This document shows, piece by piece, positions 44,569-55,207 of a DNA stretch of 64,000 nt. The stretch is taken from positions 96,001 to 160,000 of the forward strand of contig JBDTZG010000004.1 of the NCBI GenBank assembly GCA_040005235.1, written 5' to 3'. The translations under genes and the position numbers were made by a program. The notes beneath the pieces are model-generated. The model saw only the letters and a list, made by a program, of their open reading frames with translations. It did no database searches and was not told the DNA's origin. Each line of letters starts with the position of its first letter. Positions within the stretch are counted from its first letter, which is position 1. Origin of the DNA: Acidobacteriota bacterium (GTDB lineage: Bacteria > Acidobacteriota > Thermoanaerobaculia > Multivoradales > UBA5704).

Positions 44569-45571
44569 CGGATGGCCGAACGTGCGAAGCTACCGGTTCG
44601 TACCGCCCCAGCCACCCTCCCAGTACGGGGAGGTCCCGCATCGCCTGCCGCCAGCTTGGATTGTGCGGCGAGAAAGGCGAGAGCGCCAGGAACAGGGCGA
44701 GCCAGAGGATGTTCTGAGGAAAGCCCACCCCTAGGGTTAAGTGCGAGCTGAGGTGGAAGAGGGCGAGGGCCAGACCCCAGGGCCGGTGGAGCGAGGGGCG
44801 GGCGATGATCCAGAGCGCGAACAGCTCTAGGTAGATCGTGACGATGCCGGGCAGCCAGCCGGCGAGGGGGTGCGCGACGAACCAGGGTCCGAGGAGGCTC
44901 GCCGTGTCGTCCTCGATCATCTTCCCGGCGATCTGGTGGGCGAGGCCGTTCGGGTGAAGATAAGTGATGAATTCGCCCCGGATCCACTGTTCGAGGACGC
45001 TGCCCGCTTTCCACATGCCCGCCATGCTGTAGGTGAGCAGGATCAGGGCTTGAGTGCCGGAGAAGACCAGTAGAGTCGAGGCGCGAGCCCTGCGGTCAGT
45101 CGATTGGCGGACGTGCCAGCCGTCCGGCAGGAAGATCAGCACGAAGGCGATCAGAACGCCGAGATGGTCGCCGTGGTTGACCGCTCCGAACGAGAATTTG
45201 AGCGCGAGGTATTCGAGCAGCGAAATGAAGATGACGACGCGAGCCCAACGATGCCGGGAGAGCGTCACGGCGAGAATTCCACCGAACAGGTGAAGCCACA
45301 GGATCCCGGCGATGCCGGCTCCGGTTCCGACGAAGCGCAGCCAGAAGAGCGGCCATCGAGGAGTCAGCTCGGTCGTGCTCAGGTAGCCCGCCCAGGAGAA
45401 AAGCTCTCCCGCGGCGAAGAAGAAAAGAATCGCGTAGTAGGCCCCGATCAGGGTCTGGGCGGCGGTGAAGCGCTCGCGCGAGAAGAGATCGAGGGTGGAG
45501 CGGGACCCCCCTGGGGCGGCCTTGGGTTGGAAGAAGGCCGCGATCGCCTCGATGCGGTTGCGCTTCCTCAC
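44552..45571 (-). CDS. Polytopic membrane protein, HTTM-like
   Basis: About 8 TM helices; SFGAVNHGDH, TYSMAGMWK, ELFA and LFHLSSHLTLGVGF patterns; GTG start overlaps the upstream stop. Confidence 0.6.
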   Translation of the reverse strand: MRKRNRIEAIAAFFQPKAAPGGSRSTLDLFSRERFTAAQTLIGAYYAILFFFAAGELFSWAGYLSTTELTPRWPLFWLRFVGTGAGIAGILWLHLFGGILAVTLSRHRWARVVIFISLLEYLALKFSFGAVNHGDHLGVLIAFVLIFLPDGWHVRQSTDRRARASTLLVFSGTQALILLTYSMAGMWKAGSVLEQWIRGEFITYLHPNGLAHQIAGKMIEDDTASLLGPWFVAHPLAGWLPGIVTIYLELFALWIIARPSLHRPWGLALALFHLSSHLTLGVGFPQNILWLALFLALSPFSPHNPSWRQAMRDLPVLGGWLGRYEPVASHVRPSVKPPA

Positions 45572-46047
45572 AGATTCTCTCCGCTCGCGAATTCGCCGAG
45601 GCTTAGGGATTCGAGGTTGGCGCCGGTCTTCCACTTCTGCACCGGGTCATAACGCTCGAAGACCACCTCGTAGCGCACCCGGCCGACCAGGTAGCTCGTT
45701 TCGAGCTGGAGCCGCAGATCCTTCACTTTGTCCGCCTCTCCTTTTTCGATCGCCCGGCCGAGCCGCTGAATGACCTTGCGGCCGATGTAGCGGTTGCCGA
45801 TGACGAGCGTTTCGGGGGCGTGAGGGAACGGGACCGCCGGTTGGAAGTTCCGTTTCCTCTGGCGCAAGATGAGCAACACGTACCGGCTGTCCTCGTTCGG
45901 AATCTTGGAGAACAGCGACCAACCGTAGAGGGGAATGATCTCGTCGACGCCCGGCAACAGCTTTTGACTCGTCGCCCCGGCGAAGAAATACACCACGACC
46001 AGCAGGGCGAGTTGCCAGCGGAGCCGGCGCAGAGATTGCGTCCTCAT
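45568..46047 (-). CDS. Membrane-anchored hypothetical protein, partner of the HTTM-like gene
   Basis: One N-terminal TM helix then PLYGWSLFS; translationally coupled to the downstream gene. Confidence 0.65.
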   Translation of the reverse strand: MRTQSLRRLRWQLALLVVVYFFAGATSQKLLPGVDEIIPLYGWSLFSKIPNEDSRYVLLILRQRKRNFQPAVPFPHAPETLVIGNRYIGRKVIQRLGRAIEKGEADKVKDLRLQLETSYLVGRVRYEVVFERYDPVQKWKTGANLESLSLGEFASGENL

Positions 46048-46193
46048 ACTTTAGCGTACCGATCGGAACCTGCAGCTAACTCCTTGAATTTCAAACATCT
46101 TAGATGAGCCGGCGGACGGCGTCAAACCGAGGCGCCATCCCTCCTTCGGGCCTTTTGGCGCCCCGGGGCGGAAACAGATACAATCTCGCAAAT

Positions 46194-46955
46194 ATGTTGA
46201 TCCAAGTCCTGGGCGGCTTCGGCGGGGAGAGCGACCTTTGCAGGATGACGTGCCTGCTGATCAACGGCACGATCGCCCTGGATGCCGGATCCTTGTCTCA
46301 GGTTCTATCGATCGAGCGACAGGTGGGAGTGCATTCGATCGTCCTGTCGCACTCCCACATGGACCACACCAACTCGTTGCCGTTCTTCATCGAGAACGTC
46401 TACGGTCAGGGCGACCGGGCGATCGATCTCCACGCCTCCGAGGCGACCGCCTACGCGATTCGGAAGTACCTGTTCAACAATGCGACCTGGCCGGATTTCA
46501 CCCGCCTGCCCAACCACCTGCTTCCCGCGGTGCGTTTCCATGAATTCGAGTCCGAGGTGCCGATCACGATCGATGGGGTGAAGATCACTCCGATTCCGGT
46601 CGATCACTTGGTGCCAACCCACGGCTTCTTGATCGAAGAAGGAGACCAGGCGTTCCTCTGGTCGAGCGACACCGGTCCCACCCGGCGGTTTTGGGAGATC
46701 GCGAACCGGACGCCGAATCTCTCCGCCCTGTGCATCGAGACCAGCTTCGAGAGCTCGCTCCAGGAAGTGGCGGACATTTCGCTACACCTCACCCCGCGGA
46801 CGCTCGAAATCGAGTTGAGGAAACTGGAGCGCAAGGTGCCAATCCTGCTCCATCACCTGAAGCCCCCTTACGTCAAGCGGATCATGGAAGAGGTCAAGGC
46901 GCTCAAGAACCCCGATCTCGATTTCCTGGAACAGGGCAAGGAATACCGGTTCTAG
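46194..46955 (+). CDS. Class II 3',5'-cyclic-nucleotide phosphodiesterase-like metallo-beta-lactamase-fold hydrolase
   Basis: DAGS, SHSHMDH, FNNATWPDF, VDHLVP, SDTGPT, HLTP and HHLKP motifs. Confidence 0.85.
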   Translation: MLIQVLGGFGGESDLCRMTCLLINGTIALDAGSLSQVLSIERQVGVHSIVLSHSHMDHTNSLPFFIENVYGQGDRAIDLHASEATAYAIRKYLFNNATWPDFTRLPNHLLPAVRFHEFESEVPITIDGVKITPIPVDHLVPTHGFLIEEGDQAFLWSSDTGPTRRFWEIANRTPNLSALCIETSFESSLQEVADISLHLTPRTLEIELRKLERKVPILLHHLKPPYVKRIMEEVKALKNPDLDFLEQGKEYRF

Positions 46956-47884
46956 ACCCGCAGCCAGCGCGCCCGGGCGAGAAGTCCAAGCCGCGCGCGC
47001 AGTCCGATTTTGGGTGGAGTGTGAAGCAGGCTCCCGTCCGCCTCTTCAACTTGCGATAGCAGCGAAAGCCCGGCGAATAGGGCATAGGCCACCGCTTGGC
47101 GAGAGCCGGCAGGGAGCGCGGGAAGTCCCCGGGCACCGCCCAAGAACAGCGATCGCAGACGACCGCACTCTTTCTTCGCCGTGGCGAGCAGGAGAGCTTC
47201 CGCGGGAGGATTCGGGGCCGCGCCGCCTACTTCCGCCCGCGGCAAGGGACAGCGCCCGGCCGTTGTTTCGCTTCCCAGATTCTGCAGCCGATCGAGGCGG
47301 ATCAGTCCCGCGCCGAGCGCTTCGATCTCGATGGAAAGAGGGGCGCCCAACCAGGCGTGTCCCACCGCTTGGGCGAGAGCGCGGGCGTCGCGCTCCGCTT
47401 CATCGAAGGTTGCCGGTTGATCGTGAACCGCTCGGTGGCGGGCGCAGGCGCAGAGGGCGTTCAATCCTTCGACCGACCAGCGGCGGCGGCCCTGCTCCCG
47501 GCTCATGCCGATGAAAACCGGCTGGCCGACGCCGCGTCCCGAGAGCGCTTCGTCCAGGGCGTACTCCCAGCGGTTGATCGCGGCGAACCGCTCACCCTCC
47601 AGGCCGCGTTGTCGGGCAAAATCGAATAGGACGGCGACGTGAGAAATCAGCGCCTGCGCCCGGCGCCGTTCCGGCCGGGTGAGCAGCGCGAGAGCCGGGG
47701 CGAAATCGCCGAGCCGGCTTCGGGTGAGGTCGGCGCACAGCTCGATCGCCGCTTCCGGGTCCGGTTTCTCTAGAGGAGAGTCGGGCGGCCGGATCTCATC
47801 CGCCAGGCGGCTGTGGCGGCTCGCGCCGAGCGCATCGGCGCGCCATTCCGGGTCGTCCGGATGCCATTCGATCGAGTGGCTCAC
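46952..47884 (-). CDS. Squalene/phytoene-synthase-fold protein with degenerate Asp-rich motifs
   Basis: FAPALALLTRPERRRAQAL, LGAGLIRLDRLQNLGSETTAGRCPLP and the C-terminal pattern match the SQS/PSY layout; DDxxD is absent. Confidence 0.65.
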   Translation of the reverse strand: MSHSIEWHPDDPEWRADALGASRHSRLADEIRPPDSPLEKPDPEAAIELCADLTRSRLGDFAPALALLTRPERRRAQALISHVAVLFDFARQRGLEGERFAAINRWEYALDEALSGRGVGQPVFIGMSREQGRRRWSVEGLNALCACARHRAVHDQPATFDEAERDARALAQAVGHAWLGAPLSIEIEALGAGLIRLDRLQNLGSETTAGRCPLPRAEVGGAAPNPPAEALLLATAKKECGRLRSLFLGGARGLPALPAGSRQAVAYALFAGLSLLSQVEEADGSLLHTPPKIGLRARLGLLARARWLRV

Positions 47885-47885
47885 C

Positions 47886-49076
47886 TTAGGCGAGTAGGCA
47901 GAGCAGCTCCCGCTGCGGTTCCGCACCGGTGATTTCCGCTGCGGTCGCCGTGAGCGCGACGTTGATCTCGGTGCGGATCCCGAAGTCGTCGGTCAGGTAC
48001 ACCCCGGGCTCGATCGAGAAGCCGGTCATCGGCAACAGGCGCCGGGTGTCGTGCGTTTCCAGGTTGTCCATGTTGGCGCCCTGGCCATGGTCGCTGATGC
48101 CGATCGAGTGGCCGGTGCGATGGATGAAACGGTCACCGAAGCCGGCGCGACGGATCACCTCGCGGCCGACCTCGTCGACCTCCCAGCCGGCGATGGGCGT
48201 ATGCGGGAAGCGCGAGCGGACCAACTCCCACGAGGCGTCGCGGGCGCCGGAGACCGCCGCCCAAACCTCCTGCTGGCGGTCGGTGGGGGAGGCGGCGCAG
48301 ACCCCGCACCAGGTGATGTCGGCGTAGACGCTCGTCGGGGGCTTTTCTTTCGCCCATAGGTCGATCAGCAGGAAATCGCCCGGGCGGATTGCCGCCGAGC
48401 GCCCCGGGCCGGGCTGGTAGTGCGGGTCGGCGGCGTGGCCGTTCACTCCGACGATCGGGTCCGATTCCGCCCACAGACCCGCCTTTTCGAACGAGTCGAG
48501 GATGAAGCGCTGGATCGTGTATTCGTCGGCCGGCTCGCCGCGGCGGAGGAGGGTTTCGACCTCGTGAAACGCCGCGAGCGCGATCCGGTGCAGGTGGACG
48601 TTCGCCCTGCGATGCCCGGCGAGCTGCTCTTCGGTCCAGACTGCCGCGAACTGCTGCACCAGGTCGGCGCTGCTCGCCAGCTCGACTCCGAAGCTGCGCA
48701 GCAGCTCGGCGGTTCCCGCATCCAGCCGCGAGATGTTCGGCAACTCGTTGTTCGGGCTGTATTGGGCGGCGATCCGGCGGGTGCCGGAGACGAGGTCGCC
48801 GAGCTTTTTTCTGTGCTCCTGCCAGGGGAGGTAGACGTCCTTGCCGCCGGGCAGGTGGTCGAGCATCGAGGACTCGATGGCGTGGACCAATTTCTTTGGC
48901 TCGCCCGCTCGCGGGATCAGGTAATAGCAGCGTCGGGTGACCAGTTTGCCTTCGCCGTTCAAGCTCAACAGGTCGAGGCCGACCGGGTCGATCTGCTGAA
49001 AACAGGCGAACAGCCAGCCGTCGAGATCGGCCTCGGCGAGCGCGTTTTGAATGTCCGTGATCCGTTCCGCGAGCAT
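47886..49076 (-). CDS. Xaa-Pro aminopeptidase-like M24 metallopeptidase
   Basis: ADPHY, LIDLWAK, YADITW, HRTGHSIG, FSIEPGVY and GIRTEIN motifs. Confidence 0.92.
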   Translation of the reverse strand: MLAERITDIQNALAEADLDGWLFACFQQIDPVGLDLLSLNGEGKLVTRRCYYLIPRAGEPKKLVHAIESSMLDHLPGGKDVYLPWQEHRKKLGDLVSGTRRIAAQYSPNNELPNISRLDAGTAELLRSFGVELASSADLVQQFAAVWTEEQLAGHRRANVHLHRIALAAFHEVETLLRRGEPADEYTIQRFILDSFEKAGLWAESDPIVGVNGHAADPHYQPGPGRSAAIRPGDFLLIDLWAKEKPPTSVYADITWCGVCAASPTDRQQEVWAAVSGARDASWELVRSRFPHTPIAGWEVDEVGREVIRRAGFGDRFIHRTGHSIGISDHGQGANMDNLETHDTRRLLPMTGFSIEPGVYLTDDFGIRTEINVALTATAAEITGAEPQRELLCLLA

Positions 49077-49247
49077 CGGTTCCCTCCGAAAAAGTATCTG
49101 GCCCGAATCGTATCAGAGCCTCGGCGCTACACTTCGCGGGCGCGCGAACGCCGCGCGGAAGCCGAGGCTCTGTAGAATCCGCGCAGTCCGACATCTCGAT
49201 CCGACTCTCGGGGATCAAGCCCCGGGCGTCGAGAAAGGAATCCCGTC

Positions 49248-50522
49248 ATGCCCCGTTCCCTCCGTTTCCTACTGATCGTCGCCAGCCTCCTGGTTTTCAC
49301 CGCGATCCCGCGGGCCGCCCAAGCGGCCGGCGAAGGGCGTCTCCTCGGCACCGCGGTCGACGAGGCCGGCGTGCCGCTGCCCGATGTCTTGGTCACCGTC
49401 ACCCGCGAGGGAGTGGCCAATTACAAGCAGGAAAAGAAATCCGACAAGCGGGGCCAATTCACCATCATCGTGCTCGACGCCACGGTGTCGTACAAATTCA
49501 CCCTCACCAAAGAGGGCTTCCTGTCCCTGGAGCAGGATCTAAAGATGAAGCTCGAAGACACGATGCGCCAGAGCTTCACCCTGATCGTGGCGAAAGCGGC
49601 GGCGCCTAAGGTCTCGGCCGAGGAGATGGCAAAGCTCGAAGGCAAGAACCAGGCGATCGCGGCGTTCAACGAAGGGGTGGCGGCGTTCAATGCCAAAGAC
49701 ATGGGACTCGCGGCCGAGAAGTTTCGCCAGGCGACGGATCTCGACCCGACGATCGTCCCGGCGTACGCGGCGCTCGGCGAGGCCTACATGGATCTTGCCA
49801 AGTGGAACGAGGCGCTCGCCGCGACCGACCATTTTCTGGAGCTTTCCCCGGGCGACAAGCGCGGGCTCCAGGACCGCTACGACATTTTGAAGGAGCAGGG
49901 AGACAAGGCGAAGGCGGCAGCGGCGCTCGACGCGCTGATCGCCGCCGATCCGAGCCACGACACCGCGGTGCGGGTGTTCAACCTCGGGGCCGAGTCGTCG
50001 CGCGCCGGAGAAACCGACGCCGCGATTGCCTACCTGGAGCGGGCTCTCACCATCGATCCGACGCTCGACCCGGCGGCCTCCGCGCTCGGCAGTCTGTATC
50101 TCAAGAAGAAGGATTACCCGAAGGCGCTGGCGTTCGCCGAGAAGGTTCTGGCGGCCAAGCCGGGCGATCTCGAAGCGATGACGCTCCGTTACGAGACCTA
50201 TCGGGCGATGGGCGACAAGGCGAAGGCGGCCGAAGCACAGGCAGCGATGCAGACGGCGAGCGCCGCTTCGACCCCGGAAGAGCTGTACAAGCAAGGGGTG
50301 GCGCTCTATAACGCAAACAACTCGGTCGCCGCGCGCGCCACGTTCGAACAGCTGGTCAAGCGCGATCCGAACCACGCCAAAGCGCACTTCCTACTCGGCA
50401 ACATCCTGGTGAGCACGGGAGAGAACGCCGGAGCGAAGGAACATCTCCAGAAGTTCCTGGAGCTCGCACCGAACGACCCCGACGCCGAGACCGCAAAGGA
50501 GATGTTGGCGTATTTGAAGTAG
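49248..50522 (+). CDS. Secreted TPR protein with N-terminal carboxypeptidase-regulatory-like domain
   Basis: Signal peptide, GTAVDEAGVPL…KSDKRGQF domain and multiple TPRs; RBS AAAGGA. Confidence 0.85.
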   Translation: MPRSLRFLLIVASLLVFTAIPRAAQAAGEGRLLGTAVDEAGVPLPDVLVTVTREGVANYKQEKKSDKRGQFTIIVLDATVSYKFTLTKEGFLSLEQDLKMKLEDTMRQSFTLIVAKAAAPKVSAEEMAKLEGKNQAIAAFNEGVAAFNAKDMGLAAEKFRQATDLDPTIVPAYAALGEAYMDLAKWNEALAATDHFLELSPGDKRGLQDRYDILKEQGDKAKAAAALDALIAADPSHDTAVRVFNLGAESSRAGETDAAIAYLERALTIDPTLDPAASALGSLYLKKKDYPKALAFAEKVLAAKPGDLEAMTLRYETYRAMGDKAKAAEAQAAMQTASAASTPEELYKQGVALYNANNSVAARATFEQLVKRDPNHAKAHFLLGNILVSTGENAGAKEHLQKFLELAPNDPDAETAKEMLAYLK

Positions 50523-50630
50523 AAGACTTCGCCGCGTCGGTCCGGCGGAGGGTTCCTCCCCCCGGGGAGGGTGGCGGTTGGGTCCGGGGGGAGGCCAGGA
50601 GGGGGGCGTTCGTGCGGCCGAGGTGCGTCC

Positions 50631-51314
50631 CTACCCCTGTGCCACCTTCTCGTCCTTGGTCACCCAGCCGTCCATCAGGTGGACGATCCGGTCGCCGGCC
50701 AGGGCGTTCTTCTCCGAGTGGGTGACCTGGATGATCGTCATGCCCTGCCGGTTCAATTGGCGGAACAGCTGCATGATCTCCTCGGCCTGAGCCGAGTGCA
50801 GGTTGCCGGTCGGCTCGTCGGCGAGCAGCAGCCTCGGCCCGCCGACGACCGCGCGAGCAACCCCCACCAGCTGCTGCTGGCCGCCCGAAAGCTGGGGCGG
50901 GAAGAGGTCTTTCTTTCCGACGATATGGAACCGGTCGAGCGCCTCGGCCACCAGGGCCTCGCGCTCCGCCCTCTTGATATTCCGGTAGGAGAGGGGCAGG
51001 TCGAGGTTCTCGGCGACGGTCAGGTTGTCGAGCAGGTGATAGCTCTGGAAGACAAAGCCGATGTTCTGCTTGTTCAGCTCCAGCCGCTGCTTCGGTTTGA
51101 GCGCATGGACCGGCTGGTCGAGAAAGCGGAACTGTCCGCTCCAGGAATGATCGAGCATGCCGAGGATCGACATCAGCGTCGTCTTGCCCGAGCCGGAGGG
51201 ACCCATGATGGTGACGAACTCCCCCTCCTCGACTTTCAGGTTGACCTGACGGAGGACCCAGACCTGTCCGGGGCCGGCGGGGTACGTTTTTTCCAGGTTC
51301 TCGATCTCGATCAT
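50631..51314 (-). CDS. ABC transporter ATP-binding protein (MacB/LolD-like)
   Basis: [25 protein letters not shown] and QVTH motifs. Confidence 0.93.
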   Translation of the reverse strand: MIEIENLEKTYPAGPGQVWVLRQVNLKVEEGEFVTIMGPSGSGKTTLMSILGMLDHSWSGQFRFLDQPVHALKPKQRLELNKQNIGFVFQSYHLLDNLTVAENLDLPLSYRNIKRAEREALVAEALDRFHIVGKKDLFPPQLSGGQQQLVGVARAVVGGPRLLLADEPTGNLHSAQAEEIMQLFRQLNRQGMTIIQVTHSEKNALAGDRIVHLMDGWVTKDEKVAQG

Positions 51315-51366
51315 GCCTCATTCTACGCACGAATCGGGGAAAGGATTTCAGGCAAAGGCGGCGGAG

Positions 51367-51406
51367 AAAAAAAGAGGCGGCGAGCCCGTGCAACGGCCCG
51401 CCGCCT
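51367..51406 (-). terminator. Rho-independent terminator after the Spy-like gene
   Basis: Minus strand AGGCGGCGGGCCG-TTGCA-CGGGCTCGCCGCCT followed by CTTTTTTT. Confidence 0.7.
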
Positions 51407-51454
51407 GGAGAGGTCTGGGTGGATGTCTTGTCGCTCGGGGCAAGCCCCCGCGCC

Positions 51455-51895
51455 TTACCGCGGGTGGTCGATCCGGTCCTTGAGCGCGTCGTACTTGAGC
51501 AGCTGTTCCGGGGTGAGAATGGCCGAGAAGTCGTCGTCAAAGGCCTGAAGCAGCGTCTCGATCTGCTCGTACTTGTCATGGCGGGAGACGACCAGGGCGC
51601 CGACCGCGCAAGCGTCGGGATTGGCGGCATTCAGGGCGGTCCGGATCTGCTCGTTGAGGGTCTTGATCTCGTCGCCGATCGGCCGAATCGCCGTGCGGGC
51701 GGTGGTGGCGAGCGTGCGCAGCGTCGCGATCTGCGTGGCGTTCAAGCGGAGCCCGCGGACCAGCACCTGGGGATTCTTCAAGAACTGGGCGATCGCCTTG
51801 TTGTCTCCCCCTTCGTCCTGGGCGCGGGCCGGGGCTACGGCGGCAACGGTGGCGAGAAGGGCGAGCCCGAGGATGAACAGACGCTTCGGCTGCAT
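51455..51895 (-). CDS. Spy/CpxP-like periplasmic protein (LTxxQ motif)
   Basis: Signal peptide, LRLNATQ and ILTPEQ motifs, helical; RBS AAAGGAG. Confidence 0.8.
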   Translation of the reverse strand: MQPKRLFILGLALLATVAAVAPARAQDEGGDNKAIAQFLKNPQVLVRGLRLNATQIATLRTLATTARTAIRPIGDEIKTLNEQIRTALNAANPDACAVGALVVSRHDKYEQIETLLQAFDDDFSAILTPEQLLKYDALKDRIDHPR

Positions 51896-52005
51896 GGGTT
51901 TCTCCTTTGTCCGACGAGGTTGTAAGGCCGAGTGCATCGCATCGGCGACGCGTTTCGTTGTCTTCGGGGGATGAAACCCGGGCCGGACGGATTTCTTGCG
52001 GTCCC

Positions 52006-52038
52006 AAACAAAACCGCCCGGCATCGAGCCGGGCGGTT
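52006..52038 (-). terminator. Rho-independent terminator after the ABC ATPase gene
   Basis: Minus strand AACCGCCCGGC-TCGAT-GCCGGGCGGTT followed by TTGTTT. Confidence 0.75.
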
Positions 52039-52070
52039 CGGTCCTACGCGCCTAAAGTCCGGTCAAACGA

Positions 52071-52820
<750 letters not shown>

Positions 52821-52896
52821 GGGTTTCCCCCCTCGTTCTTTATCGATTTGTCTTCGACCCGATCAAATCAGATTTGGTCGAGTTAATCCAGTTGAT

Positions 52897-54150
52897 CTAG
52901 TCCAGCTTGATCCGGCTTACGTTGTCCCAGGCGGAGGTGTCGGAAAGAATGACTTGGTCGCCCACCTGGAGTCCGCTCACCAGCTCGATCGTGTTGACCG
53001 AGCTGCGCCCGAGCTGCACCGGGACCTTGACCGCTGCCTTACCCCCCTCGACCAGCTTGAACATCTCGACCTTGCTGTTGGGCTGGCCGTAGGCCGGCCG
53101 GCCTACGAACAGCACGTCGGGAAGGCGTTCGATCTCGATCGTGCCGTCGACCGCCAGGTCTGGCCGGGCGCCCTTGGGCAGCGCGGAGGTGAGCGCTACG
53201 TCCACCGTGACGGTGCCCTCTTGAACCGACGGGGCGATGCGCGCCACCCGGCCGGTGACCAGGCCGTTGCGGGTATCGATCGACGCCGTCTGGCCGAGCG
53301 CCACGTCCTTGGCCTGGGTTTCCGGAATGCGCAGCTCGGCTTTCAGCTCGCCCGGCCGGGCGACCCGCGCCAAGTTGGTGCCCGGCGTAACCCGTTGGCC
53401 GACCTGCACGGGAAGCTCTTGGAGAATGCCCGAGATCCCGGCGCGGACGTGCAGGCCTTCGACCTGGCGGCGCCTGAGCTCGACCAGCGTCTGGGCCTGC
53501 TCGACCCGTGCCCGCTGGGCCGAAAGCTGGGCCGACGCGGATTGAGTGCTCTTGGTCACCCGCTCCACTTCGATTCCCGCCTGCCGACCGAGCTGGTCGG
53601 CGCGCAGCCGGGAGAGGCGGAGGGTGAGATCGGGAATCAGCCCGTCTTTGGCCAGCTGTTGGTTCGCCTCGGCCTGCAGCTTCGCCTCTTGCGCCTGCGA
53701 ATCGACTGCGGCGGCCTGCGAACGCTGGTTCAGCACGTCACTTTCGAGCCGTGCGCGCAAGTCTAGAAAGTCGGCGTTGGCACCCTGGAGCTGCGATTCG
53801 GCGTCGCTCAAGCCCTGTTCTAGCTCCGGATTCGACAGCTCGAGCAGAATGGTGTCCGGCTCCACGGGAACTCCGGGCAGCGACGGGATCCGCTCGACGC
53901 GACCGTCCTGGGAGGCCGAAAGCCAGCGGATGTCGACCGGCACGAGCGTGCCCGGACCGCGCACCTGGCGCAGCATCGGGCCGCGCTGAACGGTGTCGAC
54001 CCAGACGGTTTCGCGCTCGACGGACGGCGCCGCCGGCTTGAGACGCGAGATGAGGTAAGTGATCAGCCCGATGGCGAGGACGCCGAGAGCCGCCCATGCG
54101 ATGCGCTGATTACGGCGTTTCCGGGTTTGGTCGGGTCGTTGAATATCCAT
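52897..54150 (-). CDS. Efflux membrane-fusion (periplasmic adaptor, HlyD/MacA-like) protein
   Basis: N-terminal TM helix, VRGPGTLVP, coiled hairpin, VRAGISG and GLQVGDQVILSD. Confidence 0.9.
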   Translation of the reverse strand: MDIQRPDQTRKRRNQRIAWAALGVLAIGLITYLISRLKPAAPSVERETVWVDTVQRGPMLRQVRGPGTLVPVDIRWLSASQDGRVERIPSLPGVPVEPDTILLELSNPELEQGLSDAESQLQGANADFLDLRARLESDVLNQRSQAAAVDSQAQEAKLQAEANQQLAKDGLIPDLTLRLSRLRADQLGRQAGIEVERVTKSTQSASAQLSAQRARVEQAQTLVELRRRQVEGLHVRAGISGILQELPVQVGQRVTPGTNLARVARPGELKAELRIPETQAKDVALGQTASIDTRNGLVTGRVARIAPSVQEGTVTVDVALTSALPKGARPDLAVDGTIEIERLPDVLFVGRPAYGQPNSKVEMFKLVEGGKAAVKVPVQLGRSSVNTIELVSGLQVGDQVILSDTSAWDNVSRIKLD

Positions 54151-54305
54151 GTAGGGGGCTCCGAACGGTCTCGCAAGCAGTACGGCGCGAGGACAGGAAT
54201 GTTTCCGAGAACCTGCGGGGCGATGCTTAGGTGCTCGGGTTCACTCTCGCAGGTGCGCGAAGAGGGGCAAACGGGGACTCGCGGAGTCCCGAGGCTCGAA
54301 AACCG

Positions 54306-54815
54306 CTATCCAAGCCTACGCGCTTGGCCTAGAAGATGGCCCGCCTCGGGGAGGATCAACCGGTCGAGCGCGAGCGCCACCGCCTTGGGCGAGCCGGGCA
54401 GCAGAAAGATAGCGCGCCCCCGGGTCATCCCGGCGGCGGCCCGGGAAAGCATCGCGGCCGGTCCCACATCGGTAAACGAAAGCATTCGGAACAGCTCGCC
54501 GAATCCCTCGATCGGCCGTTCGAACAGCGGGGTCGCCGCCTCGATCGTCACGTCGCGGGGAGAAAAGCCGGTGCCTCCCGAGACCGCAACGACATCGACC
54601 CCCTCCAGCCCAAGGGCGGCGAGGACAGCCTCGCGCACCTCCGGGACCTCGTCGGGCACGATTTGGGTCGAGGCGACCGTATGACCGGCCGCCTCGACCC
54701 GCTCGCGCATCGTCCCGCCGGAGGTGTCGGTCTCCGGCGTCCGCGAATCGCTCACCGTAATCAGCGCGAAGCCGAGCCGGGTGGGCGAATACTGCCGATG
54801 CTGTTCAGCGCTCAA
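54306..54815 (-). CDS. moaB: Molybdenum cofactor biosynthesis protein MoaB/MogA
   Basis: ITVSDSR, DTSG, GGTGFSPRDVT, GFGELFR, AMLSRA and LPGSP motifs. Confidence 0.88.
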   Translation of the reverse strand: MSAEQHRQYSPTRLGFALITVSDSRTPETDTSGGTMRERVEAAGHTVASTQIVPDEVPEVREAVLAALGLEGVDVVAVSGGTGFSPRDVTIEAATPLFERPIEGFGELFRMLSFTDVGPAAMLSRAAAGMTRGRAIFLLPGSPKAVALALDRLILPEAGHLLGQARRLG

Positions 54816-54827
54816 AGCGTCCCTCGC

Positions 54828-55076
54828 TCAGCGCTTGAACCTGTGGTAGATGAAAAGCACGATCAAAGCGCCGAGAACGGCGATGATGAAGCTCCGGAAG
54901 TCGAAGCCGGAAATGCCGCCAAAGCCGAGGAGCGTCGCGATCCAGCCGCCGATCACCGCTCCGACGATGCCGATCAAGGGAGTCACCACACAGCCGCCCG
55001 GATCTTTGCCCGGCATAATCATCCGGCTGAGCCAGCCGGCCAGTGCACCGAATACCACCCACGAGATCAAGCCCAT
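54828..55076 (-). CDS. GlsB/YeaQ/YmgE (transglycosylase-associated) membrane protein
   Basis: MGLISWVVFGALAGWLS…MPGKDPGG…GIVGAVIGG pattern. Confidence 0.88.
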   Translation of the reverse strand: MGLISWVVFGALAGWLSRMIMPGKDPGGCVVTPLIGIVGAVIGGWIATLLGFGGISGFDFRSFIIAVLGALIVLFIYHRFKR

Positions 55077-55207
55077 TGCTTGCATCGAAAAATCCTCCTA
55101 GGAAAGAGTCACCCGGCGGATGAAGCCGGAATTTGTCCTGCGGACGGCCCAGAGGGCCGAGTGCGAAGAGAACGCGGCATCGGCGCCACGACCCGATACA
55201 ATGAGAT

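Noticed and set aside
51926-51956. ECF-sigma promoter (GAAAC-N16-GCACTC) upstream of the Spy-like gene
   Set aside because: Plausible but too short and degenerate to support without a matrix or TSS data.
54171-54290. Sigma-54 promoter or enhancer upstream of the efflux adaptor
   Set aside because: The candidate reads GC-N10-GC and lacks the invariant GG. The GGGACTC-N3-GAGTCCC repeat could equally be a moaB terminator.
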